Assembly (NCBI GenBank): GCA_903850885.1
Contig: CAINMU010000037.1
Span: 1,110-65,109, forward strand
DNA: 64,000 bases
From: an uncultured Opitutia bacterium
Lineage (GTDB): Bacteria; Verrucomicrobiota; Verrucomicrobiia; Opitutales; UBA953
Direction: 5' to 3'
The translations under genes were made by a program, and so were the position numbers. Positions 8,564-18,990 of this stretch are shown in pieces. Below the pieces are notes generated by a model. The model was not told the origin of the DNA. It saw nothing but the letters and a program-made list of their open reading frames with translations, and did no database searches. Every line of letters begins with the position of its first letter. Within the stretch, counting starts at the first letter, position 1.

Positions 8564-10297
8564 ATGTCGATCATCCGGATACTTGATGTTACCGTGGCGA
8601 ATCAAATCGCCGCCGGAGAGGTCGTCGAACGGCCGGCTGCGGTCATCAAGGAACTTTTAGAGAACGCTTTGGATGCCGCCGCCACGCGCGTCGTTGTGGA
8701 TTTTTCCCGCGGGGGAAAGGCTTTGATGATCATCGAGGACGACGGTAAGGGGATGACTTCCGATCAAGCCGTCTTGAGTTTAGAGCGGCACGCCACGAGT
8801 AAGATTCGTCTGGCTTCGGACCTTGATCGGATCGCGACCTTTGGTTTCCGCGGCGAAGCCCTGCCTTCAATCGCCAGCGTCGCACGTTTTACGATGCAGA
8901 CGAGGCCGACAGAAGCTTCGGCCGGTACGGAAATTTTGGTGATCGGTGGCAGGCTGGTGCATCGCAAGGATCATGGGATGGCGCCAGGCACGCGCATAGA
9001 GGTCGCAAACTTATTTCATCCGGTACCGGCCCGGCTTAAGTTTCTTAAGTCCGATGAGACCGAGGCCGCCCATATCGTCAGGCTCGTGCGGCTTTATGCC
9101 GTCGCTCACCCCGAAGTCGGTTTCCTGCTGCGGGAAGACGGGCGGGAGATTTTCCGTTCCCCAGGTAATGCGCCTTTGCTCGATCGGGTTCGGGAAATCT
9201 GGGGACGACAGGTGGCCGAAGAGGTCACAATCATGCCGACGTTTGAGCGCCCTGGCATGAGGCTGACCGGACTGTTAGGAAAACCTGGGGTAAGCCGCGG
9301 CACCCGGCAAGATCTGATTACGGTCGTGAATGGGCGTCCCGTAGATAGTCGGACGATGTCCTTCGCCTTGACGGAGAGTTATCACACGTTGATTCCGAAG
9401 GGTAGGTACCCGTTGGCTTTCGCATTTCTCGAGATCGACCCCGCCTGGGTCGACGTGAATGTACATCCGGCGAAGCGCGAAGTGCGCTTCCGTGATGAGG
9501 CGAAGGTCCGAAATTTTCTAATCGAATCCGTCTTGGCCGTCTTGCGATCAAGCGGCGGTGACGGTTTGCCCGTCCAGACGATCCCGGCAGTGCCGCCCTC
9601 CGCTTATTTGGCCGCAAGGTCGCCGCTTGCGATGGCAGGTCCGGCTTATGTTCCTTCGGTAGCAAGTAGTCCGCCGACGGAAGCTGGACGTCCTGCGAAC
9701 GGATCAGACCACGCTCCGGCGATTCGGCTGGGCTGGCGCTTATTGGCAAGACTGCGCGAGGAGCGAGCGGTCTTTGAGACACCAACCGGGCTAGCGATCC
9801 TTGATTTGGGCGCTGCGCACCAGCGCATTCTTTACGAGTCAATCCTTGCGCAGTTCTCCCGGCAAGAATCTGTCGCCCAAGCTTTACTGGTACCGCTTAA
9901 TATCGAATTAGAGCCATTGCCTGCGGCGGTTTTAAAAGAGCAAATGGCTTTGATTACTAAAGCCGGATTTGCATTCGAGGAATACGGCAGAAACTTTTGG
10001 CGTATCGCGGCGCTGCCCGCATGGTTGGAGCCGGAAGATTGCCTCGGATTCATCCGTGATATGTTGGCCGAGATGGCCCGCCGGGAAGGCGATTTCGGAA
10101 AGCCCACGCTGGCCTATGATGCTTTGGCAAAATTAGCCATCCAGCGAGCCAGGCGTAAGGGGGACGCGCTCTCTGATCTGGAGTTAGCCAAGCTCGTGCA
10201 GTCGCTTTTTGCGACGACGCAGCCAGGGACTTGTCCGCGAGGTCGTAGGACCTATCTCGAATGGACCGATGCTGATCTGACCCGTCGGTTCGGTTGA
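8564..10297 (+). CDS. mutL: DNA mismatch repair protein MutL
   Basis: MSIIRILDVTVANQIAAGEVVERPAAVIKELLENALDA is the GHKL ATPase motif I, followed by DDGKGM and FGFRGEAL. The C-terminal dimerisation region is present. Confidence 0.93.
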   Translation: MSIIRILDVTVANQIAAGEVVERPAAVIKELLENALDAAATRVVVDFSRGGKALMIIEDDGKGMTSDQAVLSLERHATSKIRLASDLDRIATFGFRGEALPSIASVARFTMQTRPTEASAGTEILVIGGRLVHRKDHGMAPGTRIEVANLFHPVPARLKFLKSDETEAAHIVRLVRLYAVAHPEVGFLLREDGREIFRSPGNAPLLDRVREIWGRQVAEEVTIMPTFERPGMRLTGLLGKPGVSRGTRQDLITVVNGRPVDSRTMSFALTESYHTLIPKGRYPLAFAFLEIDPAWVDVNVHPAKREVRFRDEAKVRNFLIESVLAVLRSSGGDGLPVQTIPAVPPSAYLAARSPLAMAGPAYVPSVASSPPTEAGRPANGSDHAPAIRLGWRLLARLREERAVFETPTGLAILDLGAAHQRILYESILAQFSRQESVAQALLVPLNIELEPLPAAVLKEQMALITKAGFAFEEYGRNFWRIAALPAWLEPEDCLGFIRDMLAEMARREGDFGKPTLAYDALAKLAIQRARRKGDALSDLELAKLVQSLFATTQPGTCPRGRRTYLEWTDADLTRRFG

Positions 10298-12283
10298 TCA
10301 GCGTCGGCCTTTGCGGCGTTTGGCTGGCGCGGGCTTCCCGGTGCGAAGCGATTCAATCTGATCACGCAAGACGGCCGCACGCTCGAATTGCAGTTCATCG
10401 GCTGCCGTGAGCATTTCGGATTCCAAATCCGAGAGTACTCGCGCGATAGAGCGATCATCGGTGCCTTCGGCGACCGCCAAGACATCTTCCGCTTCTTCAT
10501 CCACCAGACTTTCTTCGATCGGTCGCATCGTGCCTTTAGGCGTGATGCCGTGTTTAAGGTTATAGGCCTCTTGGCGTTTTCGACGGTCAGCGCAAATCGT
10601 CATGGCGCGGGTAAGGGATTTCGTCATCACGTCGGCGTAGAGGAGGACTTTACCGTCGACGTGACGGGCCGCTCGGCCCGAGGTCTGAATGAGGCTCGTT
10701 TCGCTGCGCAGGAACCCTTCTTTATCCGCATCAAGGATGCCGACGAGGGCGACTTCGGGAAGGTCGAGGCCTTCTCGTAGTAAGTTGACGCCGACAAGCA
10801 CGTCGAACTGTCCCGCCCGCAGCCGGCGGAGGATTTCGACGCGTTCGATGGCATCGATGTCAGAGTGGAGGTATTCCACTTTTAATCCGCTATCGCGCAT
10901 GAAGTTGGAAAGCTCTTCCGACATCCGCTTAGTCAACGTTGTGACGAGGGTGCGAAACCCTTTGGAGGCGACGGCTTTGGCTTCGCCGATGATATCTTCG
11001 ACTTGGCCGGCGATGGGGCGCACTTCCATGATAGGATCCAGCAGGCCCGTCGGTCGGATGACTTGTTCGGCGATGACCGAGGATATGGCGTATTCATGGG
11101 GCGCCGGAGTCGCCGATACGTAGATAATCTGCTCCGTCACGGCGTCAAATTCATCCGGCATCAAGGGCCGATTCTCCAGGGCGGAGGGCAGACGGAAGCC
11201 GAACTCCACCAGCCGCTCTTTGCGCGCGCGGTCGCCGTGATACATCCCGCGAATCTGGGAGACCGAGACGTGGCTTTCATCGATGAAGACCAGCCGGTCT
11301 TTGGGGAAGAAGTCGAGCAAGCAGCAAGGGCGTTCGCCCGCTTTGCGCCCTGACATATGGAGGGAATAATTCTCAACTCCGGAGCAGAAGCCAGTCTCCC
11401 GCAACATCTCCAAATCGTGTTCAACTCGCATCCGAATTCGTTGGGCTTCGACCAGTCGGTTATTCTTTTCAAAAAAATCCACCCGGGCTTCAAGCTCGAG
11501 GCGAATCGCCGCCGCCGCAGTTTTGACGCGGCCAGGGGCCGTGACGTATTGGTTGGCCGGATAGAGATCAAACTTCTCCAAGGATTTCCCCGGCTTCACG
11601 CTCACCGGATCTAGTTCCCGGATAGCTTCAAGCGTGTCGCCCCAGAACTCCAGGCGTACCGCAGATTCCATGTAGGCAGGCCAGACATCGATGGTTTCCC
11701 CGCGGGCCCGGAAGGAACAACGCTCCAAGATCGCATCATTCCTGGAGTATTGATTATTCACCATTTTCGTCAGGAGTTCGTCGCGCCGCAGGGTCATGCC
11801 GACTTTCAGGGGCACCATCATCGCCATGAAGTCTTCCGGCGAACCTAGGCCGTAGATGCAGGAAACCGAAGCGATGACGATAACGTCGCGCCGCGAAAGC
11901 AAGGCGCTGCTCGCACTGATCCGGAGCCGCTCGATATCTTCGTTGATCGCCGAATCTTTTTCGATGAAGGTGTCCGTCTGCGGGACGTAAGCCTCCGGTT
12001 GATAATAATCATAATAACTGACGAAATATTCGACGGCGTTCTCCGGGAAGAAATTCTTGAATTCGGAATAGAGCTGGGCGGCCAAGGTCTTATTATGCGA
12101 AATGATCAGGGCAGGCCGTTGCTGGCTCGCAATCAGATTGGCCATCGTGAAGGTCTTGCCGGAGCCCGTTACGCCGAGGAGCGTCTGGCGGGCGTTACCC
12201 GCTTGGAGGGAGGCCTCCAGGGCGGCGATGGCGGTCGGTTGGTCGCCCGTCGGGCGATACGGAGAATGTAGTTTGAACTCCAT
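10298..12283 (-). CDS. uvrB: excinuclease ABC subunit B
   Basis: MEFKLHSPYRPTGDQPTAI, Walker A GVTGSGKT, helicase motifs and the C-terminal UVR domain (ELQFERAAVLRDQI). The start at 12283 lies directly after the upstream stop. Confidence 0.95.
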   Translation of the reverse strand: MEFKLHSPYRPTGDQPTAIAALEASLQAGNARQTLLGVTGSGKTFTMANLIASQQRPALIISHNKTLAAQLYSEFKNFFPENAVEYFVSYYDYYQPEAYVPQTDTFIEKDSAINEDIERLRISASSALLSRRDVIVIASVSCIYGLGSPEDFMAMMVPLKVGMTLRRDELLTKMVNNQYSRNDAILERCSFRARGETIDVWPAYMESAVRLEFWGDTLEAIRELDPVSVKPGKSLEKFDLYPANQYVTAPGRVKTAAAAIRLELEARVDFFEKNNRLVEAQRIRMRVEHDLEMLRETGFCSGVENYSLHMSGRKAGERPCCLLDFFPKDRLVFIDESHVSVSQIRGMYHGDRARKERLVEFGFRLPSALENRPLMPDEFDAVTEQIIYVSATPAPHEYAISSVIAEQVIRPTGLLDPIMEVRPIAGQVEDIIGEAKAVASKGFRTLVTTLTKRMSEELSNFMRDSGLKVEYLHSDIDAIERVEILRRLRAGQFDVLVGVNLLREGLDLPEVALVGILDADKEGFLRSETSLIQTSGRAARHVDGKVLLYADVMTKSLTRAMTICADRRKRQEAYNLKHGITPKGTMRPIEESLVDEEAEDVLAVAEGTDDRSIARVLSDLESEMLTAADELQFERAAVLRDQIESLRTGKPAPAKRRKGRR

Positions 12284-12285
12284 GC

Positions 12286-12951
12286 TTAATCGAGTCGGCC
12301 GCGAACGAGCCATTGCGGGTCGACTTCGGAGAGGTCGCGTAGGATGCGATGCGCGCCGATGGGTTCAAGCTGGGCACGTGTGTGGGTCGTCGCCAACGCC
12401 ACGGTGATAAAACCTCCGGCGAGGCCGGCTTGAATTCCAGAGAACGAATCTTCAAAGACGAAAGATGAAGCCGGTTCGCCTCCGCCCAGCGCGCAAGCTT
12501 TGAGAAAGACTTCAGGGTCGGGCTTGCCGCGGGTGACATCTTCGCTGCTGATCGCGCCGTCGAACAAATGCCCGATGCCGAACAACTCGAAAGAAAGTTC
12601 GAGATTAGCCTTATGGGTGGAGGTCCCGATGATGCATCGAATGCCGACTTGGCCCAGCGCCGCCGTCAGTTCGCGCACGCCCGGCAAGAGGCGGACATTT
12701 CCTTGGCGGGCGATTTCTCGATACAAGTACTCTTTCTTATCGGAGAGCCTTTTGATTTCTGCCGGATCTTTCGACCAACTCAGGATTTCCGGGATGATGA
12801 ATTCATTCCGTTTACCGAAACCGCGGACGAAATGATCGGAGGGGAGCGTGAGATGTTCGGCATCGGCGAGGGCTTCCCAAGAACGTCCATGGGCTACGGA
12901 TGAGTCGATGACGACTCCGTCCCAATCAAAGACAGCGACAGTTTTGGACAT
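12286..12951 (-). CDS. HAD-IA hydrolase, beta-phosphoglucomutase-like
   Basis: HAD motif I (VFDWDGVVIDS), motif II (GTST) and a late FEDSFSGIQAG motif. Confidence 0.75.
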   Translation of the reverse strand: MSKTVAVFDWDGVVIDSSVAHGRSWEALADAEHLTLPSDHFVRGFGKRNEFIIPEILSWSKDPAEIKRLSDKKEYLYREIARQGNVRLLPGVRELTAALGQVGIRCIIGTSTHKANLELSFELFGIGHLFDGAISSEDVTRGKPDPEVFLKACALGGGEPASSFVFEDSFSGIQAGLAGGFITVALATTHTRAQLEPIGAHRILRDLSEVDPQWLVRGRLD

Positions 12952-12956
12952 TTAAA

Positions 12957-14435
12957 TCAGTGTTTATCCCAAGCCAGCGTGACTTTGACGGGGCGATAAT
13001 CCCAGACGTTCAGCGGTTCGAAGATTTGCCCTGGAGCCAGGATGCCGTTGGGGTCGAGGGCGAGCTTGATGGCTCGCATCGCTTGAATCTCCGCCGGCGT
13101 GTGCTGCAGGGCAAGGAAAGGCGATTTGGCGATACCGATACCGTGTTCGCCGGTAATGGCGCCGCCGAGTTCGACGACTTTCTGCATGACCTCGTGGATT
13201 GCTTTTTCGGCTAGACGACAGTGTTCGGGATTGTCCCGATTGTACATGATGTGGACGTGGAAATTACCATCGGCGGCATGTCCGAAGGTGGGCGTGGCCA
13301 ACCCGGTTCGGTCGCGCACTTCGCGGGTGTAGCGGATGAGGGCGACATAACTCTTGAACGGTACGACGATGTCTTCGTTGAGTTTCGCATTACCCAAGGA
13401 GTACATCGCCTGCGAGCAAGTCCGACGAATATCCCATAAGGCTTCGGCTTCGCTTTCGATTTCGGTTTCGCGGAAAGCGACGGCGTGGCGGTTAATCCAT
13501 GCTCGAACTTTGATGGCGTCGTCAGCGAGGGCGGCGGGGTGCCCGTCGATTTCTACGAGGAGAAGGGCGTGGGTCGCGGGATTACCCTTTAATTCCTCCG
13601 TCGCAAAGACCCGCTTGGCCCGCATTTTCTCGGCCGCATCTACCGTTTGCGTGTCGAGGAACTCGAATACGGAAGGGTTGATGCGAAGGCCCATCAGTTC
13701 CGCGGCCGCTTCGAGGGCGCCTTCATCCGTAAGACAAGCGAGGAGAAATGTGCGTCGGGCCAAGGGTTTATTGACGAGCTTGAGCACGGCTTTGGTGATG
13801 ATGCCCAGGGTGCCTTCCGAGCCGATCCAAAGGTCGCGGATGTTGATGCCACTCACGAATTTTCGGAGCGGAGCGGCCCAACGGACTTTTTCGCCCGTGG
13901 GCAAAAAGCCTTCCAAGGCATAGACGTGGTCGCGGACAACGCCGTATTTGGCCGCGCGTAAACCGCCGGCATTGGTGGCGATATTGCCCCCGATGCTGCA
14001 ATACTTGAGCGACGAGGGATCGGGCGGGAAGAAGAGACCGAACGGGGCCGCCAAGTCGTTAATTTTTGCCGTAATGGCGCCGGGCTGGACGGTTGCCATC
14101 GCTGAAATCGGATCGATCTCAATTTTATCCCAATGGTCGAGGTGGATGACCCAGCCGCCTTTAATGGGAGAGCTGGCGCCGGTATTGCCGGTGCCTCTGC
14201 CGCGGACGGTGACCGGGACGCGGTGCTCGTTGGCCAACTTTAATACGATACCGATATCTTCTTCTTCTCCGGGGCGAATGACCGCTTCGGGCATGAAAGA
14301 AAGGCGCATGTTGTCGAACGAAGCGGCGAAGCAGGTTGCTTCGTCGGTCCGGACCTTTTCAGCCCCAAGTTTCGCGATGAGCGCCTGCGTAGCGGCGGGA
14401 TGATTGTGCACAGGAGCGTTCACCCGGCTAATCAA
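12957..14435 (-). CDS. FAD-linked oxidase, GlcD / D-lactate dehydrogenase family
   Basis: PCMH-type FAD-binding region (VTVRGRGTGNTGAS ... GGNIATNAGG) and C-terminal GEHGIG, typical of the GlcD family. Confidence 0.8.
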   Translation of the reverse strand: MISRVNAPVHNHPAATQALIAKLGAEKVRTDEATCFAASFDNMRLSFMPEAVIRPGEEEDIGIVLKLANEHRVPVTVRGRGTGNTGASSPIKGGWVIHLDHWDKIEIDPISAMATVQPGAITAKINDLAAPFGLFFPPDPSSLKYCSIGGNIATNAGGLRAAKYGVVRDHVYALEGFLPTGEKVRWAAPLRKFVSGINIRDLWIGSEGTLGIITKAVLKLVNKPLARRTFLLACLTDEGALEAAAELMGLRINPSVFEFLDTQTVDAAEKMRAKRVFATEELKGNPATHALLLVEIDGHPAALADDAIKVRAWINRHAVAFRETEIESEAEALWDIRRTCSQAMYSLGNAKLNEDIVVPFKSYVALIRYTREVRDRTGLATPTFGHAADGNFHVHIMYNRDNPEHCRLAEKAIHEVMQKVVELGGAITGEHGIGIAKSPFLALQHTPAEIQAMRAIKLALDPNGILAPGQIFEPLNVWDYRPVKVTLAWDKH

Positions 14436-14441
14436 GCACGC

Positions 14442-16385
14442 TTAGCCCAGTTCGGCAAGCCACGCTGTCGCTTCGGCGTCTGAGGGCATTCTCCAGTCGC
14501 CGCGAGGCGAGAGGGCCACGGAGCCGACTTTAGGGCCGTCAGGCATCACCGAACGCTTGTATTGCTGGCTGAAGAAGCGGGTCAGGAAAGAGCGGAGCCA
14601 GTGGCGAATCTCGGTCTGGTCATATTTCCCAGCGAACGCGTGTTCTGCGATCCAGAGGACCTTAGAGGGGCGGAAGCCGTTACGGACCAAGTGATAAAGG
14701 AAGAAATCGTGAAGTTCGTAGGGGCCAACGAGCGCCTCGGTTTGCTGGGCGATTTCACCATCGGCACCGGGCGGAAGTAGTTCGGGGCTGATCGGCGTAT
14801 TAACAATATCTTCGAGAATCGTCCGCTCGTTCCCCACGTGGCGGGCGTGCGCGGCCCACGAGACCAGATGGCGGACGAGGGTTTTGGGTACGCCGATGTT
14901 CACGTGGTACATCGAAATGTGGTCCGCATTAAAAGTGCACCAGCCCAGCGCCGCTTCGGACAGGTCGCCAGTCCCGACAACGAAGCCTCCGACCTGGTTC
15001 GCCGTGTCCATGAGGATCTGGGTACGCTCGCGAGCTTGGGCGTTTTCAAACGTTACGTCGTGCTTCCCGGTGGGATGACGGATATCTCGCAGGTGTTGTT
15101 CGACGGCGTCATTGATCGGGATTTCGCGGGCACTGATGCCAAGGGTTTCCATCAACCTCATGGCATTGACGCGAGTGCGGGCGGTGGTGCCTGGGCCGGG
15201 CATCGTCAGTCCGATGATGCCTTTACGATCGAGGCCCAAGCGGCCAAAGGCTTCTTGCAGGACCAAGAGGGCGAGGGTCGAGTCGAGGCCGCCCGAGACG
15301 CCGATCACCGCATGCTTGGCGCCCGTGTGGCGGAGGCGGCGGGCGAGTCCGGTGGATTGGATGGCAAAAATCTCCTGACAATTTTCGTCGCGGCGATGCG
15401 TGTCAGTGGGAACGAAGGGGTGTTGGCTGAACCGACGACGCAGTTTGGGCGTCTGGCCGACGGGAGTGCCGAGTTCAAAGCCTAAGACGCGAGGTTTGAG
15501 CGTGGCAGGGGTCCCGAAAAATGTGCTATTTCGGCGGCGGTCGGCGTTAAGTCGGTCGACGTCTACCTGTGAAACGATTAAGGCCAAATCGAAGCGGAAA
15601 CGTTCTGATTCGCCAAGGACGACGCCGTTCTCGGCGATGAGACCATGTCCGCTATAAACAACATCCGTGCTGGATTCTCCGGCTCCGGCAGCGGCGTAAA
15701 TATATGCAGCGAGACAACGGGCGGACTGCGAACGCACGAGGTCGCGGCGATAAGCGGCTTTGGCTAAGAGCTCATCGCTGGCCGAAAGATTACAGAGAAG
15801 GGTGGCGCCGGCGAGGGCTTGGGCGCCACTGGGGGGTTCGACGGCCCACAGGTCTTCGCAGATTTCAATGCCCACGACGCATTCCGGCATGTCCGTGGCT
15901 TTGAATAAAAGGTCGGTGCCAAATGGGACGCTTCGTCCGAGGAGTTCGATCTCTTGGACGGGGGCGACCCGGGCCGAGGCGAACCAACGTTGCTCGTAAA
16001 ATTCCCCCGTGTTCGGTAGGTGAGTCTTGGGGACGACGCCTAGGATTTTGCCGTGGGAAAGAAAGACAGCGACGTTGAAGAGTCGCCCAGAGACTTCGAG
16101 GGGCAGTCCGACCATGGCGCTTAGGCCCAACCTGCCGGTGGTCTCGGCTACCTGCCCAAGGGCCTTGAGGGCGCCGTTAAGGAGGGTGCGCTGGCCGAAG
16201 AGGTCGCCACAACTATAGCCGGTGAGGCATAACTCGGGCAGGACGACGATCTCGGCCCCCTCGAGTGCGGCCTTTTCCATTGCCTGGGAGACGAGGGTGG
16301 CATTAGCCAAAGGGTCAGCCAGTCGCAGGGCCGGGGAGGCGGCCGCCACGGTCACAAACCCGTTCTGGTGGATGCGGTTCGGCAT
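14442..16385 (-). CDS. nadE: glutamine-dependent NAD+ synthetase (long form: nitrilase-like domain plus synthetase domain)
   Basis: N-terminal CN-hydrolase domain ([23 protein letters not shown]) and a C-terminal PP-loop (GVSGGLDST). Confidence 0.9.
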   Translation of the reverse strand: MPNRIHQNGFVTVAAASPALRLADPLANATLVSQAMEKAALEGAEIVVLPELCLTGYSCGDLFGQRTLLNGALKALGQVAETTGRLGLSAMVGLPLEVSGRLFNVAVFLSHGKILGVVPKTHLPNTGEFYEQRWFASARVAPVQEIELLGRSVPFGTDLLFKATDMPECVVGIEICEDLWAVEPPSGAQALAGATLLCNLSASDELLAKAAYRRDLVRSQSARCLAAYIYAAAGAGESSTDVVYSGHGLIAENGVVLGESERFRFDLALIVSQVDVDRLNADRRRNSTFFGTPATLKPRVLGFELGTPVGQTPKLRRRFSQHPFVPTDTHRRDENCQEIFAIQSTGLARRLRHTGAKHAVIGVSGGLDSTLALLVLQEAFGRLGLDRKGIIGLTMPGPGTTARTRVNAMRLMETLGISAREIPINDAVEQHLRDIRHPTGKHDVTFENAQARERTQILMDTANQVGGFVVGTGDLSEAALGWCTFNADHISMYHVNIGVPKTLVRHLVSWAAHARHVGNERTILEDIVNTPISPELLPPGADGEIAQQTEALVGPYELHDFFLYHLVRNGFRPSKVLWIAEHAFAGKYDQTEIRHWLRSFLTRFFSQQYKRSVMPDGPKVGSVALSPRGDWRMPSDAEATAWLAELG

Positions 16386-16468
16386 TTAAGGCTCGGTATC
16401 AGTTATGTTCACCGTTGACCCTTAGGGAGGCAACCCGAAAGGTCTTTAATCCCCTCTACTGGGGTCTT

Positions 16469-17422
16469 ATGTCCACCAAGCCGCTCAAGGAAGTCAGGGT
16501 CTTTTCGCCCGCCACCGTGGCCAATGTCGCCTGCGGCTTTGATGTCTTGGGCTTTGCCATCGATCTGCCGGGCGACGAAATTGTCGCGCGTTTCTCCGCT
16601 AAGCCGGGTCTGACCATCGGCAAGATTACCGGAGACGATGGCCGCCTGCCCTTAGACTCAAAACTGAATACCGCCGGCGTCGCGGCGCACGCCCTGCTCC
16701 GGCACCTTGGAAAGAGTGAGGTGGGTATCGAGATGGAGATTCATAAAAAGATGCCTTTCGGTAGCGGTTTAGGTTCGAGCGCCGCCAGTGCGGTCGGCGG
16801 AGCTTTTGTGATTAATCGGCTCTTAGGTGACCCGCTGACGCGCCGACAGCTTTTGCCGTTCGTCGTCGCCGGTGAGGCGGCCGCCGATGGCGCCTGGCAT
16901 GCCGATAATGTTGGTCCCTGTCTTTTGGGAGGCATCACGCTCATCCGTTCGAATGCCGAACTCGACGTGATGAACGTGCCAATTCCGGACAATCTTTGGG
17001 CTGCCGTGGTGCATCCGGATATTGTCGTTCTGACCAAGGTCGCGCGCGAAATCATGCCGCGTCAAATCCAGCTCGAAACTTCCACGCAGCAGTGCGGCAA
17101 TCTCGGTGGATTGCTCTGCGGATTCTTCCAGAGCGATTACGCCCTCATCGGCCGTTCGCTCGTCGACCTGATCGCGGAACCGCATCGGCAGCGCCTTATT
17201 CCAGAATTTTATCGGGCCAAACAGGCCGCCCTGTCGGCCGGCGCCTTAGGTTTTTCTATTTCTGGAGCCGGGCCGAGCGTGTTTGCTTTATGCGAAGGCG
17301 AGGCCGTCGCACGCAAGGTCGCGGCGGCGGTGGCCGAAGTATTTTCTTCCGTCCCACTCAAGGCTACCCAATACGTTTCGCGTATTAATCCCAAGGGCGT
17401 CCATGTCATCTCCGAGTCCTAA
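16469..17422 (+). CDS. thrB: homoserine kinase
   Basis: GHMP kinase motif PFGSGLGSSAASAV and N-terminus VFSPATVANVACGFDVLG. Start at the ATG at 16469. Confidence 0.9.
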   Translation: MSTKPLKEVRVFSPATVANVACGFDVLGFAIDLPGDEIVARFSAKPGLTIGKITGDDGRLPLDSKLNTAGVAAHALLRHLGKSEVGIEMEIHKKMPFGSGLGSSAASAVGGAFVINRLLGDPLTRRQLLPFVVAGEAAADGAWHADNVGPCLLGGITLIRSNAELDVMNVPIPDNLWAAVVHPDIVVLTKVAREIMPRQIQLETSTQQCGNLGGLLCGFFQSDYALIGRSLVDLIAEPHRQRLIPEFYRAKQAALSAGALGFSISGAGPSVFALCEGEAVARKVAAAVAEVFSSVPLKATQYVSRINPKGVHVISES

Positions 17423-18734
17423 ATTAGAGTTTGTCTCGACGGCCGATGCGACCTGTCGGGGGGGCCTAAGAGACGTCCTGCTTTCGGCGGTTCCCGCCCA
17501 GGGTGGGCTTTGGGTCCCGACCCATATCCCGCCGCTTCCTGCGGGATTCATGGAAAGCCATCGCGGGGCGACTTATGCGGAATTAGCCGAAGCGGTCGTG
17601 GCGCCTTACTTCGCCGCCGAGCTTGGCCCGCAGGTTTTACATGAACTTTGTCAGGAGGCTTTCGACTTTCCCGTACCGCTGATTTTTCCGGAAAAACTAC
17701 GCGGGACCCGTTCCGAAAAAATGGGCGTCCTCGAACTTTTTCACGGCCCTTCAGCGGCGTTCAAAGACTTTGCCGTACGTTTGTTGGTCAGAGTCACCGC
17801 TCGCGTCTTGGGCAATGACTTCCCTCAATTGACCGTATTGGCGGCAACTTCGGGCGATACGGGAGCAGCGGTGGCCGAAGCCTGTGCCGGCGTGCCAGGT
17901 GTCCGCGCGGTGGTGCTCTATCCTCGTGTCGGTGTCAGCGGCGTCCAGGAATCTCAGATTGCTCGAGTTCGTCCCGGGGTGGTCGCCTTGTCGATTGACG
18001 GCACCTTTGATGATTGTCAGGCGATGGTGAAGCGCGCTTTGGCGGATGAGGCTTTACGTCGCCGCCGGCCCTTGCTGACGGCCAATTCCATCAATCCTGT
18101 TCGCCTCATCGCGCAATTGCCTTTTGCCTTCCATGCGAAGCGCTTGCTACCTGCCGGCACAAAGATGGGCATCGTAGTCCCCTCTGGCAATCTGGGTAAC
18201 GTCGGCGCGGTGCAGCTGGCTCGTCGGATGGGCCTACAGGTCGACGCTTTGGTGGCGGCGACGAATACCAATTCACCGTTGCCCGAGTTGTTTGCCACCG
18301 GACACTATAAGGCCCGGCGCTCAAGCCCCACCGCTTCCAATGCCATGGACATCGGCGATCCTAATAACCTTGGTCGTCTCTTGGCTTGGCGTGAAGGCGG
18401 TCCGGCCGTTTCAGCGGTGACCATCGATGATGTCTCAACCCTTGAAGCGATGCGTCGGGTGCGCGAGGCCAGCGGTTATATCCTTTGTCCTCATACCGCG
18501 GTCGGCTGGAAAGCCGCGGAGGATTTACTGCGTCAGTCTCCTGAAGTGCTTGATCGTGTCATTGTTTTTGGGACGGCGCATCCAGCGAAATTCCCTGATA
18601 TCCTGGAAGCGGCCTTCGGCGATCGCAACGCTTCGACTTTCCCGTTTGAGTTGCCTAAGCCCGCACCACGTCTGCTGGGTAATGATTACGAAAGCGTTCG
18701 TGCCGTCTTAGAGTCAGAAGCCGGCTTCGCCTAA
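17403..18734 (+). CDS. thrC: threonine synthase
   Basis: PLP-lysine region HGPSAAFKDFA and GNLGN. It lies directly downstream of thrB and overlaps it by 20 nt. Start at the ATG at 17403. Confidence 0.88.
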   Translation: MSSPSPKLEFVSTADATCRGGLRDVLLSAVPAQGGLWVPTHIPPLPAGFMESHRGATYAELAEAVVAPYFAAELGPQVLHELCQEAFDFPVPLIFPEKLRGTRSEKMGVLELFHGPSAAFKDFAVRLLVRVTARVLGNDFPQLTVLAATSGDTGAAVAEACAGVPGVRAVVLYPRVGVSGVQESQIARVRPGVVALSIDGTFDDCQAMVKRALADEALRRRRPLLTANSINPVRLIAQLPFAFHAKRLLPAGTKMGIVVPSGNLGNVGAVQLARRMGLQVDALVAATNTNSPLPELFATGHYKARRSSPTASNAMDIGDPNNLGRLLAWREGGPAVSAVTIDDVSTLEAMRRVREASGYILCPHTAVGWKAAEDLLRQSPEVLDRVIVFGTAHPAKFPDILEAAFGDRNASTFPFELPKPAPRLLGNDYESVRAVLESEAGFA

Positions 18735-18745
18735 GCTCCGCACGC

Positions 18746-18895
18746 TTACTTCGCGCTACCGTCGGCTTTAGGAGCCTTTGCCTTGGCAGCGGTCACTGCT
18801 GGGACGGCTGGCTTGGGGTCTTTGGGTTGCTCAAAGACGATGATGCAGCCGGAGAGGCCAAGGGTGGCGGCAATCAGCAAGAGAGAGAACTTCAT
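18746..18895 (-). CDS. small lipoprotein (49 aa), Pro/Lys/Ala-rich
   Basis: MKFSLLLIAATLGLSGC has a lipobox (L-S-G-C). The remainder is low complexity (PKDPKPAVPAVTAAKAKAPKADGSAK). Internal ATG of track ORF 18746..18937. Confidence 0.45.
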   Translation of the reverse strand: MKFSLLLIAATLGLSGCIIVFEQPKDPKPAVPAVTAAKAKAPKADGSAK

Positions 18896-18945
18896 GGCGG
18901 CATCATGAGTCGATGCAGTCGGGGTTGGCAAATCCACAAAACAAA

Positions 18946-18967
18946 AAAACCGCCGGCGGGCGGTTTT
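18946..18967 (-). terminator. Rho-independent terminator after exbD (bidirectional hairpin)
   Basis: The stem aaaaccgcc/ggcggtttt with a ggcg loop is flanked by an A-run on the + strand, which is a T-run on the - strand. It lies 24 nt downstream of the exbD stop. Confidence 0.7.
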
Positions 18968-18990
18968 GGGTCTGGAGCGCAGAAAAGCGG

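Noticed and set aside
9318-9842. A 174-aa Arg/Pro/Ser-rich minus-strand ORF inside mutL.
   Set aside because: The composition is typical of an out-of-frame GC-rich translation. It overlaps the conserved MutL linker and C-terminal region, and there is no supporting context.
14838-15485. A 215-aa plus-strand ORF inside nadE, with similar ORFs inside uvrB (10388..11353), glcD-like (13354..14403) and ilvD (42729..43528).
   Set aside because: They lie antisense to strongly supported housekeeping genes in a GC-rich genome. The 14838 ORF is codon-aligned antisense to nadE. None has motifs, plausible starts or independent spacing.
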